This document shows, one piece after another, positions 58,852 through 64,000 of a DNA stretch of 64,000 nt. The stretch is from Candidatus Bathyarchaeia archaeon. GTDB taxonomy: Archaea > Thermoproteota > Bathyarchaeia > Bathyarchaeales > Bathycorpusculaceae. The stretch lies in the NCBI GenBank assembly GCA_049969855.1, contig JBMFOB010000002.1:38456-102455 (forward strand). The letters run 5' to 3'. Each line of letters begins with the position of its first letter. Position 1 is the first letter of the stretch. The notes beneath the pieces are model-generated. The model ran no database searches. It was given only the letters and a program-made list of their open reading frames with translations, and had not been told where the DNA came from. The translations under genes and the position numbers were made by a program.

Positions 58852-59556
58852 GTGGTGCAGAGTTTGGTTAAAGAAGAGTTTGACGGAAAAATAGGAGAGT
58901 TTGAAGGGATTCTACAGAAGATTGCAAGCGACATAGCCAGCGGTGTTCTCTCCGAAAAGCTTCCGCCATCCGAGTTGCTGGGAAAAACTGAAAACTACAC
59001 TAATTACTTAAAGGATTTGGTGAAAAACAGCGAAGAGCTTATGCTCATTTTAAAGCCAGAAAGGGCTTACACCATAAACGCTACAAGTAAGAACTTAACT
59101 CAAGCACTAACAACATATAAAGATATTCTTCTTCAAAATACGCCAGACCCCCTTGCAAATTCTCGCTTAGCCTTTGAACAGTTAAGAAAAGCGCTAACGG
59201 ATGGTTCAGATTTCCTTTTTCTAATGCGTGAAGTTAGAGATAATCCTTCCCCGCTTATAGATGCAATAATAAATTTTAAAAGGGCTTCAGAAGCCAAAAG
59301 TTCAGTTATAAGCATACAAGCAAAGGAAGATGTTGCGCCTCTCATTAAATACGTTTTAACACGCATAGACGATTTTCGGGCTGCTTTGATTGGTTTGGAA
59401 AAGAAGGTGGATGAGATGCGTCAGATTTTGCGGGAGCTTCAAGAAGAAAGCCTAAAAATTCTTTCTGGAAAGACTTCGCAACAATCAGTCATGGCGGAAA
59501 ACAAAACGGAAAAGAAGCAGCTCTCCCTCTCAAACTTTAAAACTGAAAAGGCGTGA
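58852..59556 (+). CDS. Hypothetical helical protein
   Basis: Long ORF in operon order; coiled-coil C-terminus. Confidence 0.7.
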   Translation: MVQSLVKEEFDGKIGEFEGILQKIASDIASGVLSEKLPPSELLGKTENYTNYLKDLVKNSEELMLILKPERAYTINATSKNLTQALTTYKDILLQNTPDPLANSRLAFEQLRKALTDGSDFLFLMREVRDNPSPLIDAIINFKRASEAKSSVISIQAKEDVAPLIKYVLTRIDDFRAALIGLEKKVDEMRQILRELQEESLKILSGKTSQQSVMAENKTEKKQLSLSNFKTEKA

Positions 59557-59565
59557 GGCGAAAAT

Positions 59566-60033
59566 ATGGCAATGGTTGATGTTTCCGCTAAACCCGAAAT
59601 TTTCCGTGAAGCCACTGCCACCGGCACAATCAAGTTGAAAGCTGAAACCATACGCTTAATCAAGAAAGGCAAGATAGCAAAGGGAGACCCTTTTTATACG
59701 GCTAAAATTGCTGGGATTTTGGCTGCCAAAAAGACAAGCGCTCTGATTCCCCTTTGCCATCCGCTGCCGTTGACAAATGTTGAAATTGAAATTGAAATTT
59801 TGGAAAATTCTAAAGTGCAAGTTTCCTCCACCGTCAAAACGAAAGCACAAACGGGGGTTGAAATGGAAGCGTTGGTGGCAACCGCCGTTAGCCTCTTAAC
59901 AATTTGGGATATGGTGAAACAGTATGAGAAGGATGAGTTTGGGCAATATCCTTTAACAACCATCGAGGATATTCGGGTTGTGAAGAAAATTAAGGAGGGC
60001 GTTGTTAGTGAGCGAAAGCGCAAAAAAGCATAA
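59566..60033 (+). CDS. moaC: Cyclic pyranopterin monophosphate synthase
   Basis: MVDVS.K, KGD, LIPLCHP, TGVEMEAL, WDMVK. Confidence 0.96.
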   Translation: MAMVDVSAKPEIFREATATGTIKLKAETIRLIKKGKIAKGDPFYTAKIAGILAAKKTSALIPLCHPLPLTNVEIEIEILENSKVQVSSTVKTKAQTGVEMEALVATAVSLLTIWDMVKQYEKDEFGQYPLTTIEDIRVVKKIKEGVVSERKRKKA

Positions 60034-60538
60034 AGCTGAAGCACCTAAAAATTTGAAATTTGCCGTTTTCACTTGCAGCACATCTCGCTACCAAAAAATG
60101 AAAAATGGCGAAAAAGTAGAAGACATTTCAGGCGACTTGATTGAGGCTTTTCTAAAAAAGGCTGGGCATATGGTGGTTTTGCGAAAGCTTATCCCAGACG
60201 ATAGAGCTTCAATTGAAGAATGCATAAAGCAAACGTTAGCCAACGCTGATTTAGACGCCGTTGTTTTTTGCGGTGGAACTGGTATAGCTCCATCAGACAT
60301 AACCATAGAAACCATTTCGCCATTTTTAGAGAAAGTCTTGCCAGGATTTGGCGAGATTTTTAGGCGTTTAAGCTATGATAAGATTGGCTCTGCTGCTGTT
60401 TTGTCTCGGGCGTTAGCTGGCGTGGCAGGGGGTAAAGCTTTCTTCTGTGTTCCTGGTTCGCCTGATGCTGTTAGGCTTTGTTTTGAAAAGCTTATTTTGC
60501 CCGAAGCACCTCACATATTAAAACACGCCAACGAATAG
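60008..60538 (+). CDS. moaB: MoaB/MogA molybdopterin adenylyltransferase
   Basis: D.SG, GGTG....D.T.E, PGFGE.FR, SRA, PGS. Confidence 0.92.
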   Translation: MSESAKKHKAEAPKNLKFAVFTCSTSRYQKMKNGEKVEDISGDLIEAFLKKAGHMVVLRKLIPDDRASIEECIKQTLANADLDAVVFCGGTGIAPSDITIETISPFLEKVLPGFGEIFRRLSYDKIGSAAVLSRALAGVAGGKAFFCVPGSPDAVRLCFEKLILPEAPHILKHANE

Positions 60539-60558
60539 AGTAGTGGAATTTATTTACC

Positions 60559-60930
60559 TCATTGGCTAATGGCTGTGGAAAGTGCTTGCAAAGAACGTAG
60601 AATTTCCTCTACGTTATCGTACTTCTTTCCATTAACTATCATTGTGGGTGTTCTTTTAACTCCCCTCTTAATTGCCTTCAATCTATCAGTTACCCGCGAA
60701 ACATCAAACACCAAAACTTTCTCATCAGTCTTATTAACCAGGCGCAACGCGTGTTCCAGAACTGTACGGTCTTTTTCAGGTAATATACGCCCCTTAAATT
60801 TGGATGGTATCTCCGCCGCCCACTCCGCCAGATCCGGAGCGCAGAGGACGTGTTGAGACATTTCTCTGTAATGGCCCACGTCTATGTATGGAGATGAGGA
60901 GCGTACAAAAATTTCGATCAAGGTTTTCAC
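60559..60930 (-). CDS. Hypothetical protein with degenerate thioredoxin-like C-terminus
   Basis: GVKRTPTMIVNGK motif; no CxxC. Confidence 0.6.
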   Translation of the reverse strand: MKTLIEIFVRSSSPYIDVGHYREMSQHVLCAPDLAEWAAEIPSKFKGRILPEKDRTVLEHALRLVNKTDEKVLVFDVSRVTDRLKAIKRGVKRTPTMIVNGKKYDNVEEILRSLQALSTAISQ

Positions 60931-61038
60931 TGATAGTTTAATTGCTGTTTTGAATATTTATTTTTGTCGTCGTGTTAAGGCAAGTTTTATATTGCTGGAA
61001 GTTTACGGAGAAACCGATAAGCATATGCGGGAATAACG

Positions 61039-61968
61039 ATGGTTTTGGCTGATAATTGGGGGCGTCCACTCCTAAACTTGCGGGTAGCAGTAACGCGAAA
61101 TTGCAATTTGCATTGTCAATACTGCCACATGGAAGGCGAAGAAAAACAAACGAAAAATTTTGCTGAAGAAATGACTGTTGACGAAATTGTACGCATTGTG
61201 CGAATCGCCGTTGCATTAGGCATGTCCAAGATTAAGCTTACTGGCGGAGAACCCCTAATGCGCAAGGATATTACAGAAATCGTCAAGGGAATAGCTGCAA
61301 TATCTGGCCTAGAAGACCTTTCCATGACAACTAATGGGACAATGCTTGCCAGCTTGGCTGAGGAGTTATATGCAAGTGGCTTAAGGCGTGTGAACATAAA
61401 CTTTCCAACATTAAATGGCGAAGTTTATGGCAAGTTGACTGGCGGCGTTTTGAAAGATGTTTTAGAAGGCGTTGAAGCCGCTGTGAAAGTTGGTTTTCAC
61501 CCCGTTAAACTTAACATGCTTGTTTTGAAAGGCGTAAATGATGATGCAGTTTTGGAAATGATCGATTTTGCCAGAAAAACAGGCGCAGTTTTGCAGTTAA
61601 TCGAGCTTGAACCATTAAACATAAGCCCCACTTATTATGCGATAAACCACAAACTTTTAGATGAATATGAGGATATGCTTAGGCAAAAGGCTGTGAAAAT
61701 CGAAACCAGGCGTTACATGCAAAATCGCCATGTTTACCACTTGCAAGACGTGACTGTTGAGGTTGTGCATCCAATTGAGAATACAGAATTTTGTATGCAT
61801 TGTACACGCTTGCGCTTGACAAGCGATGGAAAGCTTAAACCTTGCCTAATGCGAAACGACAATCTTGTTGATGTTTTGACGCCCATGCGAAACGGGGCAA
61901 GCGACAAAGAATTGACTCGGCTTTTTAAGTTGGCAAACCAAAAAAGAAAACCCTACAACAACAATTAA
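61039..61968 (+). CDS. moaA: GTP 3',8-cyclase
   Basis: LRVAVT..CNLHCQYC, TGGEP, FCMHC.RLRLTSDG.LKPCL. Confidence 0.96.
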   Translation: MVLADNWGRPLLNLRVAVTRNCNLHCQYCHMEGEEKQTKNFAEEMTVDEIVRIVRIAVALGMSKIKLTGGEPLMRKDITEIVKGIAAISGLEDLSMTTNGTMLASLAEELYASGLRRVNINFPTLNGEVYGKLTGGVLKDVLEGVEAAVKVGFHPVKLNMLVLKGVNDDAVLEMIDFARKTGAVLQLIELEPLNISPTYYAINHKLLDEYEDMLRQKAVKIETRRYMQNRHVYHLQDVTVEVVHPIENTEFCMHCTRLRLTSDGKLKPCLMRNDNLVDVLTPMRNGASDKELTRLFKLANQKRKPYNNN

Positions 61969-62075
61969 CCTATAGCAAAATTGGAGCTTTCAAGCTGAAA
62001 TTGAGTTCTATTTTCTCGGATTCAACAATACTATTATAGGATTCTGCATGAATAATTTTGTAATGGAGATGTCTG

Positions 62076-62452
62076 ATGTCATCTCATTACATTAGGTGTG
62101 TTGTTAAAGGTTCTTTCGAAAATGTTTTTGAGGTTTTAAGTAAAGCTTTCGGGAGTGTATATGCTAAAAGATTTAGCAGCGGTCGTGAAATGACTAGAGG
62201 TGTTATTTTGGGTGAGGAATACTTCTTGAGAGTTAGCAGCGATGTTGCAATTTTAATTATTTTGGAAGAACATTCCATCGAAGAAACAGAGGTTGAGATT
62301 ATTTCATGTGCTGGTGGAACTGGGTTAACTGGTATCTCATATGGCGCTCACTCGGCATACGTTCATAAAGTAAAAGACTTCTTGGTAAGTTCAAATTTCA
62401 AAATTGAGGTTAAAGAGGAATTCCATATTTTACCAGTTTTAGTTATCGTTAA
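62076..62452 (+). CDS. Hypothetical protein, probably frameshifted near 62420 (the track ORF runs on to 62606)
   Basis: Adding one A gives ...KEEIPYFTSFSYR* and removes a 121-bp convergent overlap. Confidence 0.5.
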
Positions 62453-62485
62453 GAAGCACGTAAATCTGAGGTTTAGGATAGAATC

Positions 62486-62983
62486 CTACAGTTTTATCAG
62501 TTTTGCTTCGTGTTTTGTTGTGTCGTATATGGCTATTGTTGATTTGCTTGATAAGTATCCGCAGACTTCGCCAGGATTTACGACTAATGTTTTGCCTTTT
62601 CGATAAATTTCCGCTTTATGTGTATGCCCATGCACTATGACGTCGAAAGTTTCGCTTTCAATTAAAGCCTTTAAAAGTTCTTCTTCTGTTCCATGCAACA
62701 AGGCTACTTTTAAGCCGTCAATTTTTATTTCTGCAAAGTTTCCTCGTATTTCTAAACCCTCATGTTCGCTGAACCTTTTCTTTAACAGTTCGCGGTCTCC
62801 GTCGTTGTTGCCGAAAACGCCTATTAGTTTTGCTTTTAATTCTTTAAATTTTGGAATAACGAAAGGCGCTATGTAATCTCCCGCGTGAAGCACCAATTCA
62901 ACTCTTTCCTCATTTAATCTTTTTATGGCTTTGTCCACCATTGGCAGTTTGTCATGTGTGTCAGCCATTAACCCGATTAGCAT
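62486..62983 (-). CDS. YfcE/MJ0936 metallophosphoesterase
   Basis: DTH, HAGD, GNND, HG, GHTH, NPG. Confidence 0.93.
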   Translation of the reverse strand: MLIGLMADTHDKLPMVDKAIKRLNEERVELVLHAGDYIAPFVIPKFKELKAKLIGVFGNNDGDRELLKKRFSEHEGLEIRGNFAEIKIDGLKVALLHGTEEELLKALIESETFDVIVHGHTHKAEIYRKGKTLVVNPGEVCGYLSSKSTIAIYDTTKHEAKLIKL

Positions 62984-63153
62984 TTCCTTCACCTTTCCTA
63001 ACATTCTCTTTTATGGAAATTAAGTGTTTCTTATAGAAGTTTGTTCTAGAGAATATTTCGATATTTGAAATACTCAAGCATGCGAAACACCATTTAAAAC
63101 ACTCCACTGCCACTTTTTCGTATAGAAACTGTTTTAAAAGAGGAATATTGAAA

Positions 63154-63492
63154 ATGAGTGATTGGGGTTCGAACCCCGCTTCGAAAAGGAGAGATAAGCT
63201 TTACATTATTGCTGAAATTTTAGAAATAGCTAAAGAGGGAACTTTGAAAACTCAAATTATGTATAGGGCAAATTTAAGCTTCACGCAGCTTAACGATTAT
63301 CTTGGGTTTATGTTGAAAATCAGATTGTTGGACAAAACAGTTGAGAACGATAAAGAAATTTACAGGGCAACTGATAAGGGTTTAAGTTTTCTCATGCGTT
63401 ATCGGGAAATTACGGAGCTTCTTAAGACAGAAAACGACAATTATAAAAATAATATTAAGATTCCTCCTCCGCATTTGTTGAAAAGAAACTAA
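63154..63492 (+). CDS. Small archaeal winged-HTH regulator
   Basis: RRDKLYIIAEIL...KTQIMYRANLSF...YL...TDKG. Confidence 0.88.
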   Translation: MSDWGSNPASKRRDKLYIIAEILEIAKEGTLKTQIMYRANLSFTQLNDYLGFMLKIRLLDKTVENDKEIYRATDKGLSFLMRYREITELLKTENDNYKNNIKIPPPHLLKRN

Positions 63493-63509
63493 AAATAATT
63501 AACTGTGAG

Positions 63510-63635
63510 TTAGTTCTTTTTTGGATTTTGCTCGTCAAGATAGTTTTTGACTTTTTCTTTCAATGTTGGGAACTCTTCAAGCATGGCTTTTATGACTTGC
63601 CAGCGGATTTCATCTGTTTTTGCTGTTCTGTTCAT
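63510..63635 (-). CDS. Candidate 41-aa protein MNRTAKTDEIRWQVIKAMLEEFPTLKEKVKNYLDEQNPKKN
   Basis: Fills the intergenic gap; amphipathic; host-like codon use; CTTATAT box upstream. Confidence 0.5.
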   Translation of the reverse strand: MNRTAKTDEIRWQVIKAMLEEFPTLKEKVKNYLDEQNPKKN

Positions 63636-63731
63636 TTTCAAAGCGCCCCAAATAGGGTATAGCAATATACAATATAAGCTTTTATTCCCAAAAACGATAC
63701 ATCCACCAACAAAACAAAAAGAAAAAGGAAA

Positions 63732-63998
63732 CTAATGGATGTTCACTATGTTAACTGGTTTCTTCCGCATCCTAACAGCAACTATAGCAACAGCGATAAC
63801 CAATGTGGCTCCAATAAGAATTGCAAGCATCATTGGTCCCGTCAATGTTGGAATTGTTGGGGCTGAAGCAAGCCCTATGGTTGGGTCATGCTCTAAAGTG
63901 TAATCGCCAAAGTATGGATAACAAATGAAGAGCCTAAGGTGTCCACCAGCAGCAATGTAAGATGCAGTAACATTCACATAACCCACGGTGTCTCCAGT
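63732..63998 (-). CDS. C-terminus of a membrane-anchored secreted protein (5'-truncated by window edge)
   Basis: YPYF...LEHDPTIG then TM helix and basic tail; frame open to the window end. Confidence 0.75.
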   Translation of the reverse strand, partial: TGDTVGYVNVTASYIAAGGHLRLFICYPYFGDYTLEHDPTIGLASAPTIPTLTGPMMLAILIGATLVIAVAIVAVRMRKKPVNIVNIH

Positions 63999-64000
63999 TT

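Overview
Archaeal chromosomal DNA of roughly 40% GC. The gene set (TFB, Gar1, Alba, a Cren7-like protein, archaeal aaRSs, TiaS, Cdc6, 7S SRP RNA, an Ftr homologue, bacterial-type PfkA/Fba) best fits a TACK archaeon, probably Bathyarchaeia (inference). The window is mostly core genome: translation and tRNA genes, sucCD, two convergent purine operons, a sugar/glycogen cluster and Moco genes. I found no CRISPR array, transposase or integrase. Top observations: (1) a HAD phosphatase, Ftr-like formyltransferase and PfkB kinase triad (resembling EhaR/S/T) is translationally coupled to purF-purD, exactly where the missing GAR transformylase (PurN/PurT) step would be, suggesting an undescribed C1-carrier-dependent FGAR route; (2) a clear fluoride riboswitch heads a 4-gene operon with no fluoride exporter; (3) a well-signalled 16-aa Lys/Thr micro-ORF lies downstream of rpl40e; (4) a Cren7-like zinc ribbon is fused to a coiled coil; (5) a tRNA-Arg has a D-loop intron; (6) an EF-2 is divergent and LeuRS has KMSKS replaced by QMHRH; (7) PPi-type and ATP-type PFKs are adjacent and convergent. 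Four apparent single-base frameshifts at A-runs suggest assembly indels. All family calls are by motif recognition, not database search.
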